From Octopus bimaculoides (lineage: Eukaryota), in assembly GCF_001194135.2 (NCBI RefSeq), contig NC_068981.1:181112352-181172514 (forward strand): a stretch of DNA of 60,163 nucleotides, written 5' to 3'. Numbering within the stretch: position 1 is the stretch's first letter; each line of letters opens with the position of its first letter. This document shows positions 10,798-22,617 of this stretch, piece after piece. The position numbers were made by a program, and so were the translations under genes. The notes beneath the pieces were generated by a model, which did no database searches, was not told the DNA's origin, and saw nothing but the letters and a program-made list of their open reading frames with translations.

Positions 10798-11020
10798 ATG
10801 GGGAGTTGGCAGAATCGTTAGCATTCCGGGCAAAATGGTTAGCAGCATTTCGCTTGTCTTTACGTTCTGGGTTCAGATTCCACTGAGGTCGATTTTGCCT
10901 TTCATCCTTTCAGGGTTGATAAATTAAGTACCAGTCAAGTACTGGGGTTGATGTGATCGACTATCCCTGTTCCCCACAAATTCCAGGCTTTGTGCCTATA
11001 GTAAAAAAGATTATTATTAC
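10798..11020 (+). mobile_element. SINE-C
   Basis: Family match including gattttgcctttcatcctttcagggttgataaattaagtacc. Confidence 0.9.
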
Positions 11021-11607
11021 TACTACTAATAAAATTTAAGAATGAAAGCCAATATTGATGATTTAACCCAGAACTTTTCAACGGGTAAGGGAGACTGCTT
11101 GAAACAATCATAAATTTCAACCTAGAGATGTTGGTTTATATTTCTATTTAACAAAGTACATAGATGACAATACATTGGAAACAAAAGTGATAAAAGAGTA
11201 TCATCTGTAGAGAATATTAACTGAAACAGATACCAGATCACCTCCCTTCAACTTCATACTCTATAGTTATGTCTAATTAGCAGAGTAGGTAACATTCAAG
11301 ACAGCAAATAAAGAGAAACTGATCCAGTAAGTATGGCCTGGATTTGCAGGACCATAAGAAGCATGTTGATAAATGAAAGTGTTTTGTGTTAATGTTTTCA
11401 ATGGAAGAAAAAGAAAATTTGCTTAAATCTTTTATAAAATCTAACTAAATGTTCCTCTTTATTATGAATTCCAATGATATCAGTCAACTAAAATAAGTCT
11501 TTTATAACAAGGTAGGAAATTTGGCACCGAATATACACTTCCAATGCATGATGTTTTGTCAAACAGAATCCATTTTTGCTTCTTCACAATAGTTCAAAAT
11601 AAATAGC

Positions 11608-11800
11608 ATGATGATGATGATCAACTTCATCATTTTTAACATCCATTTTCCATGCTGGGACATGGGTTAGATGGTTTGACAGGTTCCCAGAGAAGAGGAC
11701 TGTCATGTTCCAATATCTGCCTTGGCATGGGTTTCTACAGCTTGATGCCTTTCCTAAGGTTAGCCCCTTTACAGAATGTACTAGATACTTTTTCATGATG
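11608..11800 (-). mobile_element. Old RTE-type 3' tail
   Basis: (CAT)n then catccattttccatgct..gggtt..tttctacagcttgatgcctttcct. Confidence 0.6.
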
Positions 11801-12718
11801 TAAGTACTAGGGAAGTTATGTAACTTACAAGACTATGATCTATCTCTCTTGACTGTGAGGGATTACAATAGAAAGGGTGGTTATACACACACAAACACAC
11901 ATATATAACACACATGCATACATATATAAACACACTCACATACACATATATACCTAGCCCACTGCTATTAAACAGAAGTAGATTTAGTCATATAAGTTAT
12001 AAAACCAACTTTTCATGCACAGAACTGAGACACAGAATGATGCTTTATTAAAGACCTGTTCATATTATACCAGCAAAGAAAAAACAGATGACGTGATGTT
12101 GATGAAAGAAGTAATATTTCAGATATTTCATGAAATTTCTTGAAGAACATAGACTAATACTTCTCCAGCTGAATTCCTTCACATTAACTTGTCAGCTCTT
12201 AAAATCTCTTTCTCTCGCTACCCATAGCAACAGGATGTTATTGAGCTTAATATCCTCAGGAAGGAAACAATCACAACCAAAATTTAAAAAAAAATTTTTT
12301 TAATCTTCTTCAAATTTCCCTTCATCTTATATTTTTGTTTACTAATTTATTAACGCTAATGAACTAAAAAGAGTCTTCAATGATATTACAAAAGAATCGC
12401 ACAATTGGTGTAAAATGTATTTTCAATTCAATTAATCAACCTGACAAAAATTATCTCTTTCTCCAATGTAATGGGGCGAAATTCCTTCTTGATTATTCTT
12501 TTCACAATAAAGAGAAGTGGATATTTTTCAAACATGATAATGGCTTTAAGATCATTTTTGTCATATATCCAATGGAGAGAAGAAAAAAAGGAGGGTTAGG
12601 AATAAAATCGTTTTTAATTACTACAAAAGCAGTTCAGAAAAAAAACCTCCGAAAAAAAACATTAAATTGCTTTGCCAACTATAACTACTGATATATAACC
12701 TTTCCTTTTCATGATTAA

Positions 12719-12917
12719 CTCTTTTGATACCAACCTACCCCAAACCACCACTAGTTCTGTGATACAAACATCCTGTTTTAAAGTGATCTAAATTAAAACC
12801 TTCTGTCAAAATTTCATAATTTATGTTCTAAGCACTCATTATTTTACTAAATTCTTCCACATTTTCAAAATTATTGAAACAAAGGCAATGTATTTCTATA
12901 ATAACATAGTAAAAGGA
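12719..12917. mobile_element. TTAA-flanked MITE family E2 (piggyBac-type ends)
   Basis: ttaa|ctcttttgatacc ... gtaaaaggattgaa; interior matches 52536-52723 and 55979-56192. Confidence 0.7.
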
Positions 12918-13229
12918 TTGAAGCACTGAGAATAAAATTTTAGTGAACTTAATATGAACGTTTACATTAAATGAAACAACAATTATACTGTAAAAGATTG
13001 AAAAGTTTATCCCAACAAAATTTATTAAAGAAACATCATACTTATAAAATAGAGATTAAATCAAAAGTCTTAACACAAAAATCTAGCTTTTACAAACAAA
13101 ATTGCTTCTGCCAGATCCTGCTTCATAGATGCCCTTAAATCGGATTTGATTATTTTCAGTACAGAAAACAGTTAAATTAGTATTTGTGAAGTTGGAAATA
13201 TTAATGCATTATATTTCTTTCCAATTTTG

Positions 13230-13405
13230 ACATAAGGCCAGCAGTTTTTAATTACATTGACCCAAGTGCTCAACTAGCACTTTTGCAATGAAAACCAAAG
13301 TCGATCTCGGCAGAATTTAAACTCAGAACATAAAGTGCCAGAAGAAATGCTGCAAAGCATTTTGTCTGATGCGCTAATGATTCTGCCAGCTTGCCACCTT
13401 AAAGC
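13230..13405 (-). mobile_element. SINE-C, diverged
   Basis: Family match. Confidence 0.75.
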
Positions 13406-13852
13406 ATTATATTACAATTTACATTTAGTTGGAGTCGTTGCATTTTTACTGACACCAACTCCAGTAACCTAATCATTACTTCTGACTGACTCCACAGACC
13501 TGCCTCTAAGTATTAACTCAAGAATACCAAAAAGTAATAAGATCTGGTGTTGTTGTTTCCAAAAATTACCAATTCGATATAAATGGCTTAGAGTCATCTA
13601 CATCATCATTTCAGTATGGAGTGCATAAATTTGTAATACATCTACCTAACTGACTCAAGTCAAAGTTACCTTCTATATTTGTCCCAACATTTTGAGAAAA
13701 GTGCTTTTTCATTCAACATATTTATTTACACTAGATTTCCAAGCTGTTTCCCTCTTTTTCCTCTAACCCTAAAAAACAATTGTCAAACTGGACATTTTTG
13801 TATTGAGAAGAGGAGTACAATTACAATTCAATAAAAACTGAAATCTTATTGC

Positions 13853-14195
13853 ATGCTACCAGCCCGGGAGCCAGTCTGGCGGCAATGGCATCAGCCACAA
13901 CTACAATTTCCATTTTGATTTCTATTTGATTGAGATTTTGATTTTACTCGACTCAATAGGTCTCCTCAAGCATGGTGTGTTGCCCAACGATTCAAAGGTA
14001 CTTTTTAAATGGGCTGGTTATGCGACACTGGTATAGGCTACGGCTGTGATCTCACTTTACTTGCCAGGTCTTCTCGATCACAGCATATCTCCAGAAGTCT
14101 CAGTCTCTTGTCATTGCCTCTGTGAGGCCCAATGTTTGAAGGTCATGCTTCTCCACCTCATCCCATATCTTCCATGGGTTCCTTCGACTGTTAGT
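13853..14195 (-). mobile_element. RTE LINE fragment: ORF C-terminus plus start of 3' UTR
   Basis: Minus strand translates SRRNPWKIWDEVEKHDLQTLGLTEAMTRD*DFWRYAVIEKTWQVK*, a decayed RTE RGRPRKTW..DR..WR terminus. Confidence 0.8.
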
Positions 14196-15469
14196 GCTTT
14201 AGAATAAAATATCAGGTTTAAAAAACAATAAGTACTGGAGTTGATTTGTTTAACTAAACCTACAAAGTGATGTCCCAGAATGGTTACAATTCAATGACTG
14301 AAACAAATATTACAGTTAGTTATATTTCAAACATCCGATTAATAATGATTAATAATGATTAATAATGAAAAGCTAAGTTATTCCACTAAATTCCTCTGAA
14401 TTCTAGATTAATTTTCAAAACGTATTGAAATGCATAGATATTGAATTCTGCTGGGAATATGATTGCAAACAGGTTAATCATTAAGAATCAGAGAAATTAA
14501 TGAGAGAATGGAGGTCTATTGGGAGAGATCTCAACACTGAATCAAATTTAGATCAAACACTGACATTTGGGAATAATTGTTGCTACCAGTAACAAGAACA
14601 AAGTCTATTTTAATGCGACACTCATCCACAAATATTGACATTGACCGCAATTAGAAGTAGTGGTTGTATTAGATTCCAGATATTTACCTAGACAAAGCCT
14701 TCAGTCGAATCAATTATATATAGATGAGCAAGAAATACTGGTCCAAATCATATAAGCGATCCTGATATTTTTAGATGTGAAATTAACAAAACTACTGATA
14801 GTAACTTGGCTACTGGAATATTGCAGTGCCTACCTCAAAAAAGAATTTCTAAGAATTCTACTCAAGACATTTTTACAATACATAAACTAAATTGTAGAAG
14901 TGAAGTGTAAGAGAGAAGAAGGGAGTTTTATATATATATATATATATATAATCATTTAATATATGTGTGTGCATGTATATATATATATATATATTCTAAA
15001 TGATTAATACAGAAGACAGAGTGTACTGGAAGCTTTATTTAGGACAACAATCGTTGCGGCTTATTTCTGCACTGCTCCCTAGTGGGTGGGGAATGATATA
15101 ATGTAATTGAATGCACCCCATATTGCAAAAGAAACCTCCTCGAGCCACATAAAGCAGTTCAGTATTATGAGATGCACATTTCACAGATATGTGTGGCAAG
15201 ATGTTATTGGTAGTTCACCAAAAGATTAAGATACACACACACGCCATCATCATCATCATCATTTAATGTCTAGTTTCTATAATTGCATAAGTCAGGTTAC
15301 TGCACAGTGGGATTGAACCTGAAACCATTTAGTTGCCAAATGAGTTTCTTAACATATTCATACATGCATATGGCACCATCACAAGCAAAGTCTGCTTTGG
15401 CATGCTTTTCTGGTATCCTAATGTGAGGTCAAGGTGTGAGGTGAATGAGACAGAATAGGATGGAGGACT

Positions 15470-15830
15470 AGAAAAGCTAAGTGCACATTTTGCAATCATG
15501 TGGTTCTAGGTTCAGTCCCATTGCACAATACTTTGAGTGTCTTTTATTTTCACTTTGTGAGTGAATTTGGTTCAATGGAAACTATGTGGAAGCCCGTTGT
15601 GAGTAAGTGTGTGTGCATGTGAGTGTATGCATGCACTTGTCCTTGTGTCTGTTTGTCATAGCCCTCACCACTACATGACAACTGGTGTTATTTTATGTCC
15701 TCATAACTTAGTGGTTCAGTAAACAAGACCAACAGAATAAGTGCCAGACTTAAAATCAATATTAATACTAGGATCAATTTGTCAGACTAAAATCCTTCAA
15801 GTTCAGTGACTGAAACAAGAGACAAACAGT
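15470..15830 (+). mobile_element. SINE-B (head + microsatellite + T1 tail), diverged
   Basis: Family match. Confidence 0.75.
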
Positions 15831-15949
15831 AAGTTTCATACTTTGAAATACTGCAACCTTAAGAACAACTGATCTCAGGCATGTAGACATTTGAACATAT
15901 CTATTTATCCCTAGTTATAAAATAAACCATACTCTTGGAGATAATTAAA

Positions 15950-16415
15950 CCCTTTAGCATTCACATTATTCTGTCAAAAGTAATGTTTGTTTTTTTTATT
16001 CACATGACTAATTAATCATGCACGTAAAAAACACCTTTTTGAGCGTGGCTGTTGCCAGTACCGTGTGACTGGCCTTCGTGCCGGTGACACGTAAAAGCAC
16101 CCACTACACTCTCGGAGTGGTTGGCATTAGGAAGGGCATCCAGCTGTAGAAACTCTGCCAGATCAGATTGGAGCCTGGTGCAGTCTTCTGGCTTGCCAGT
16201 CCTCAGTAAAATCGTCCACCCCATGCTAGCATGGAAAGCGGATGTTAAACGATGATGATGATGATGCATTATCTTGTAGCTTCAAGATTTTGATGAGGTA
16301 ACTTAAATTTTGGAATGATATTGTAGGGTAGGTTTGAGAGGCCACATCTGGCCAGATTGCACATAAAACAGGTAGAATATTTGGGCCAGATGTTGCCAGT
16401 TTAAATACTGAAGGG
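15950..16415. mobile_element. TTAA-flanked MITE family E1 interrupted by an RTE 3' insertion
   Basis: ccctttagcatt ... aatactgaaggg|ttaa; the two halves match the uninterrupted copies at 16768-16981 and 44497-44716. Confidence 0.85.
16023..16263 (+). mobile_element. 5'-truncated RTE 3' end nested in MITE E1
   Basis: ATGCA is duplicated at 16018-16022 and 16264-16268; (GAT)n tail. Confidence 0.9.
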
Positions 16416-16767
16416 TTAAGGATACAGAAAATAACGAGAATAGTGAAGTTATATGAGGTTGTGGTGGAGGCTGTGCTAATGAAATATTACTCGAAGTAAT
16501 TATTGTTTAGTCATACTCAGGACAATCCAATGATCTAGGAAACATGTAATCGTAATCTATACTTTTCCTTAACAGCAATTAATTGATATATAACACTAAT
16601 AATTAGTTGTAGCTGTATGAAATGAACAGAATAAGCAAAGCACACACAAAGAAAAATTATGTCCAACGTTAATCAATGACATTTCAACTTAATAATGTTC
16701 CTTCACTGAAAGATTGCAATTTCATTGTGAGTCAACTGTTGCAGAGAAACAAGGATTAATATTTTAA

Positions 16768-16981
16768 CCCTTTAGCATTTAAACCAGCCATATCCAGCCC
16801 GTATATTTTGTTTTATGTTCACACCAGCAGGTCCAGTCTCTCACACCTACTCTAAAATGTCATTCTATAAATAGACAATCATCATTAAAAATCTCAAAGC
16901 TACAAAATAATGCATGATTAATTCAAAACAATGTGAATAAATAAGCATTACATTTGCCAGAGTAATCTAAATGCTAATGGG
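16768..16981. mobile_element. MITE E1 (opposite orientation to 15950-16415)
   Basis: ttaa|ccctttagcatttaaacc ... aaatgctaatggg. Confidence 0.85.
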
Positions 16982-17359
16982 TTTTAATATGGTTTACAGT
17001 GATGGAGTTGCTATATGTAGTAAAGAGCTGGATTAGATGCTATTTTCATGGTTTTTGTTTCTACGATTCAAGTTTTGATAGACTGATATTGCTTTTCATC
17101 TCATTGAGGGAAGTGTAATTCCAGCAAAAAAATACAGAAGACAAGTTAATATGATCCTGAACCAGTGATAGAGCATTTACATAACTGCTTGATCTGGTAG
17201 AAATAGTAGCCATATTCCCCTCAAATCATACTCTAATTTTATAAAAAAAACACAGTACGGTCACATATGGAACTTATTTGCAAGTCTGAACCAATTTATC
17301 CATTCCATGTTTGGAATGTAAATTAACATGAAACTTCGGAAGAAAGGTTTAATTTAGGC

Positions 17360-17700
17360 ACAGGGATGACAGTATGGTAAGAAGTTTGCTCTCCAACCAC
17401 ATGGTTTCAGGTTCAGTCTCACCTTGAGCAAGTGTCTACTACTATAGACTCAGGTCAACCAAAGCCTTGTGAGTGGATTTGGTATAGGAAAACTGTAAAA
17501 AGTGTGTGGAGGGGTATATGTATTTGTGATTGTCCCCACCACCACTTGACTACTGGTGTTGATTTGCATACATCCCTGTAACTTATGAAGCTCAGCAAAA
17601 CAGACCAATAGACTTGTGGAGTTGTTTTTTCAACTAAATCTTTCAAGATGGTGTCCCAGCATGGTCACAGTCCAATGACTGAAACAAGTAAAAGATAAAA
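17360..17700 (+). mobile_element. SINE-B (head + T1 tail)
   Basis: Family match. Confidence 0.8.
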
Positions 17701-18002
17701 GGATTCAGATCATTTTGAAATGGAAACTTTGCCTCATAGAACCAGGGGCATTCTCAGTCAAATTGGTATCAAAACAGTTAAGATGATGTATAAAGTATCG
17801 ACTGACAATTATTAGTAGCTGAGAAAAGTCATCAAGTAGACAAGCTCCTTATGAAGGATAGCCAGCAAACTTAGAAAAGTGAGAGAAGAGTTTAAAAGGC
17901 AGCTTTTTCCAGGCTGGTTTGTATACAGTATGAGCATGTGATTACTTTAACATTTCAGTATTAGTTGGTTGTATTATCAGCTACTCAAGGACCAATGAAA
18001 AT

Positions 18003-18339
18003 TAAGGACTTTCGAGCAAGATCGTGTGTAAGGACTTTCGAGCGAGATCATTGCCAGTGCCCCTGGACTGGCTCTTGTGCGAGTGGCACATAAAATGCAC
18101 CATTTTTGAGTGTGGCCGTTGCCAGTACCGCCTGACTGGCCTTCGTGCAGGTGGCACGTAAAAGCACCCACTACACTCTCTGAGTGGTTGGCATTAGGAA
18201 GGGCATCCAGCTGTAGAAACTCTGCCAAATCAGATTGGAGCCTGGTGTAGCCATCTGGTTTCACCAGTCCTCAGTCAAATCGTCCAACCCATGCTAGCAT
18301 GGAAAGCGGACGTTAAACGACGATGATGATGATGATGAC
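18003..18339 (+). mobile_element. Young RTE 3' end with two hairpin repeat units
   Basis: Nearly identical to 33689-34050; CpGs retained; (GAT)n tail. Confidence 0.9.
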
Positions 18340-18502
18340 TGTATTACTGATTATTAGTAAGAGAAACTTATAATCTAATATGATTAGTACTAGTATGTAG
18401 ATGGAGGAAGTGTAGGCACAACTCAGATATTTTTGGTTAGACTTGTAGATCCTTTACAACAGCAGTGTCAACTGGCTACAGGTTTTGTTAGAACATATTT
18501 CA

Positions 18503-18722
18503 TACATTTTTGGAGTGAAACGGAGTCATCAGGAAACACCAAGGGCCTTTCACTCTGTCAAACTTGTGCCATAAATCTGAAGCAGAGAAAAAGCAAAATA
18601 TGAGCTTTGGTGCACCAACGGTCTGGAGAGAACCATGGAAGCTTGAAGAATGTTATTTCTGTATGATTGATATTTCTGAACATAACTCCAAAACAAAATC
18701 AAAGATAGGTTACCCAAATCTT
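18503..18722 (+). pseudogene. Chapaev3-like (CMC superfamily) DNA transposase N-terminal relic
   Basis: Frameshifted FGVKRSHQETPRAFH / CQTC / MSFGAPTVWREPWKLEECYFCMIDI..YPNL resembles the FG..DQ..WAPH..C..C..MPF.VPMVWREP..H..DCYFC..I..YPNL motif as I recall it; family name from memory. Confidence 0.6.
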
Positions 18723-18792
18723 GTATTCCACATTAAGACCTTTACCATATCGTTCACAAGTATATATATTACTTCCCTGACAATTTTGGAGG

Positions 18793-19123
18793 CTATTTAC
18801 ATTATTTACATTCGACGGATATTTATCCTCATCTTGTTTGTTGTCAACACGTTTCGGCTGATGTACCCTCCAGCCTTCTTCAGGTATCTTGGGGAAATTT
18901 CCAACCTGGGTTCTCATTCCTAAGGTATTTTTTTTTATTCTCATTCTTAAGGCATTCCTACCTTAGGAGTGAGAACCCAGGTTCGAAATTTCCCCAAGAC
19001 ACCTGAAGAAGGCTGGAGGGTATATCAGCCGAAACGTGTTGACAACAAACAAGATGAGGACAAATATCCGTCGAATGTAAATAATGTACATAATTCCTCA
19101 TCTCTTAAATATAGAACTGTATT
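18793..19123. mobile_element. Penelope-like retroelement remnant: inverted pair of 130-bp pLTR fragments
   Basis: Arms 18798-18927 and 18959-19088 differ at 5 positions; 11-bp direct repeat AATTTTGGAGG at 18782-18792 and 19124-19134. Confidence 0.75.
19003..19040 (+). ncRNA. Minimal type I hammerhead ribozyme-like motif (mirror copy on minus strand at about 18846-18883)
   Basis: CTGAAGA a GGCTG-gagggtatat-CAGCC GAAA cgtg TT; core boxes and stem II are clear, stem I is poor. Confidence 0.55.
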
Positions 19124-19479
19124 AATTTTGGAGGTGTTAATGAAGAGCTAGTAAAGCATTTCCCCCAAGACAAAGACTAGGAAAATGATACTAGGGACAG
19201 TAGAATCCAAATAAGATGGTAGACTGTTGTTAGCAACAAGACAACAACAAAAGTAATCTATTCCAAATTCATTGGACAAAATCAATATCTGAATATACAC
19301 ACACTATATATTTTGTGGACTCTCTTGTCACAAATGACAGATGAGAGTTTCACAGTTTCTAGATGAACAACCTGCACAGATGATCTGTTTATAGTGTTCA
19401 AATGTTTGTGTTGTACATTAGCTCATTGCCTCCATCAAACTAATACTACCTAAGCATGGAATAAATGTATGATGATGAT

Positions 19480-19630
19480 GATGTACAGGTTCAGTGTGCC
19501 ACACATCAGATGTCAAAGTGATTACTGAGCAATGTGACATTGAATGTTTTGCTTAAGGACAATGCAAAAAACACTATCTTGCAATTGTCGGTGCAACACC
19601 CTAACCACTAGGCCATGTTCCTTCACATAT
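19480..19630 (-). mobile_element. SINE-D head, diverged
   Basis: gagcaatgtga..ttgcttaaggacaa..ccctaaccactaggccatgt..cttcac; shared with 29230-29390, 35700-35870 and 58420-58560. Confidence 0.6.
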
Positions 19631-19719
19631 ATAATAAATAGGATTCTATCGAACCATCCAGCCCATACCAGCATGAAAAGTGGACATTACATTATTATGG
19701 TGATTACATATTCTTATAT

Positions 19720-20115
19720 TCTTTCACATGTTTCAGTCAATTGACTGCAGCCATGCTAAAGCACGGCCTTTAGTCAAACAAATCAACCCCAGGACTTATG
19801 CTGTGTAAACCTAGTACTTATTCTATCGGTCACTTTTGCTGAACCACTTAGTTACAGAGACGTAAACACATCAACACCTGTTGTCAAGCGATGGTGGGTG
19901 AACAAATAGACACATACACACACGGACAGACGGACAGACAGATATATACACACACACAATGGGCTTCTTTCAGTTTCTGTCTACCAAATCCACTCACAAG
20001 GCTTTGGTTGGCCCAAGGCTATAGTAGAAGACACATGCCCAAGGTGCCATGCAGTGGGACTGAACTCAGAACCATGTGGTTGGGAAGCAAGCTTCTTACC
20101 ACACAGCCACTGCAT
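19720..20115 (-). mobile_element. SINE-B, most complete copy (head + microsatellite + T1 tail)
   Basis: All modules present and colinear. Confidence 0.9.
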
Positions 20116-20564
20116 GACTGTGTCATTAAGAAGCTCCCCTTGCAACCACTCGACTCCAGTTTGGTCTCACTATGCAAAACCTTCTTGTGCATATGTATAA
20201 ATGCATGCTTATATGTGCATATATGACTGTATTGTGCAAACTAATGTAATCAAACTAGATGAATAGTATTTGTCTGAATTAACTCCCTCCTAATCCAATG
20301 ACTAATTTGCTTTCTACACCTTAGTTGTTCTAAGTACTCCAAAATAAGGGAGGGAAAGCTATTTAACCATCTATAAACTTTCTGGAAAGCAGAGCCCCAG
20401 TGAGTTAGACTGCAATAACTGAAGCTAGTAAAAGAAGAATGAGAGAAGTACAACTACATGAAGAACAGGGCCAATTTACTCATCAAATGATACATACATA
20501 ACTAAAGACTGAGTTACATAGTTTGATGGATATCATACCTGAGAAAGTATTCCAGGGAAATTAT

Positions 20565-20595
<31 letters not shown>

Positions 20596-20610
20596 ACACA
20601 CACACACACA
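20565..20610. repeat. (CA)n microsatellite
   Basis: Direct reading. Confidence 0.97.
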
Positions 20611-22174
20611 CTTTGTAATCTAAAACAAACATGCAGTTTTAGGGATCAATTTCAAGTTCAATGTCATTAATATAACTTCTGACATGTCTTATGCACCTGT
20701 CTGCTGATACAGTATATAATTTCCATGTTTACTTACTATGTCAAGACTAATCTAGTTAAACACAAAGACACTCAAACAACAGACTTCCTCCTCCCCTATA
20801 AAAAAAACAAACAGTATTTATGTCAGCAAATAGTAGAGAAAACAATTTATTCTATTAGAACTACAAAAACAAAGTCATTGTGACCCAACTACTTCCATTC
20901 TTATAACGAATCCTAACAACTGTCAGCAGTCATTGGACAACTGATAGGGACAAAAGTAGACCAAATAGGCACAACATAAATTTATTATATACTACTTTAT
21001 TTTCTATGTTATAATTAATGGTTCCAAAATTCACCTTCACAACAAAATGTATCTTGCGCCAGCTCAGCCCTTATTCTGGCAGACTTATGATCAAAAGCAT
21101 TCCAACCACAACTGTTCCATATTTTCAAAAGTATTATATCAAGTGCATTAAGACAGTTAGGTGTGATTTAAGGCTGATTAGGCCGTTATTTCTAACAGTC
21201 AAACAACCACAAAGAGGCTCCCGCTTTGAGTTGTTTACCAATGTAATTATGTAATGTATTAATTATTCTAGTTCATACTGTAATTATCTAAGGCAATGTT
21301 GGTTGCTTCTCTTTATCTTTTTTTTTTTTTTTTTTTTTTTTTTTTGCAGTTTCTCATCCCTTATAAAAATGGTTGGACAGTGATTAAAAGAGTAACAAAA
21401 ATTTATTAAACTCTTCACATTTTGACTTTTCAGTGATGACATTTCATCAAGACAAAAGCAGGTTAAGGAACAGATGCCAGAAGAATGTCACAGTAATCTA
21501 GCAATGGTTAGTAAGACTGAGTAACAGAGCCTTTTCTTATTCACAAGTCATTTTCTATTTTATTTCAGACACCAGAGATCAAATGCAGTCTTTTATTAAT
21601 TAACACTACAGAAACCTATCTAGCAGTCAAATGACATTTACAAACAAAAATAGTTAATTGCTTTTGTTGTTTTCTGTTTAACATTTTAGGCTTAGGCTAG
21701 CAATAAAAGGTTTTTGAAAATATGCAATAAATATCAACTTCACAAGCTGGTTTACTGTTTGAAGTCTAAGATATGAGGAGTGTGTGCTAACAATAAAAGA
21801 GAAATTGTCAAACGTTCATATTGATGAAGGGGACAATTTTGTATGATTTATTTAATACAATTTTACAGAATTAAATTTTAAATATTTGAATGAAGCCATT
21901 GATAATTCTTGACAATATTTATAATTATTACGTTTTTATTTTTATGCCCATTTTCCCATGGTAGCATGGTTTAGACAAATGTATTACAGAGGAATCATAA
22001 CCAGTTCATAACCAGATACCCTACAGTAATTTTTTTTTTTTAAGTGAAGTAAGTTTTTGAAAGTGCAAAACCAGTGGATAAACTATTGATAGGATAAATA
22101 ACATCACCATCTGTAATTGTGTAAACAAACACAGCCATGTCTACACTTATTATTATTATCATCATCATCATCAC

Positions 22175-22345
22175 CACCCTGCATGCGTATGTGAAAGAAG
22201 GGTATTGTAATCACTCGTCTTTATCCGTTTGTCTGTGTGTTTGCAAAATTACTGGGAAATAGCTGAACAGACTTTCACCAAATTTGGCAGAAATACTCAT
22301 TGGGTGAGTGGCTTGAAATGACAAAAATTTGGTTTGATTATCTTC
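22175..22345 (+). mobile_element. Helentron-associated (HINE/DINE-1-like) element 5' part
   Basis: caccctgcatgcgtatg..agggtattgtaatcac..gtttgtctgtgtgtttgcaaaattact..gaacagactttcaccaaatttggc resembles the HINE layout as I recall it; single copy here. Confidence 0.4.
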
Positions 22346-22378
22346 AAACATACATACATACATAGATAGATATGAGAC

Positions 22379-22433
<55 letters not shown>

Positions 22434-22467
22434 AAGAGAGAGAAAGAGAGAGAAAGAGAGAGAGAAA

Positions 22468-22501
<34 letters not shown>

Positions 22502-22561
22502 AAGAGAGAGAAAGAGAGAGAGAAAGAAAGAGAAAGAGAGAGAGAAAGAAAGAGAAAGAGA

Positions 22562-22617
<56 letters not shown>

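Noticed and set aside
13670-13768. Segment with strong acceptor and donor on the minus strand
   Set aside because: Stops in all three frames; at most non-coding. It shows that good splice signals arise by chance here.
14338-14368. (ATTAATAATG)3 tandem repeat
   Set aside because: Ordinary slippage in AT-rich DNA; not a CRISPR-like or regulatory array.
20250-20453. 67-aa minus-strand ORF with a good acceptor
   Set aside because: No credible donor, no recognised homology and no phase partner.
20737-20795. Near-consensus acceptor and gtaagt donor on the minus strand
   Set aside because: Stops in all three frames.
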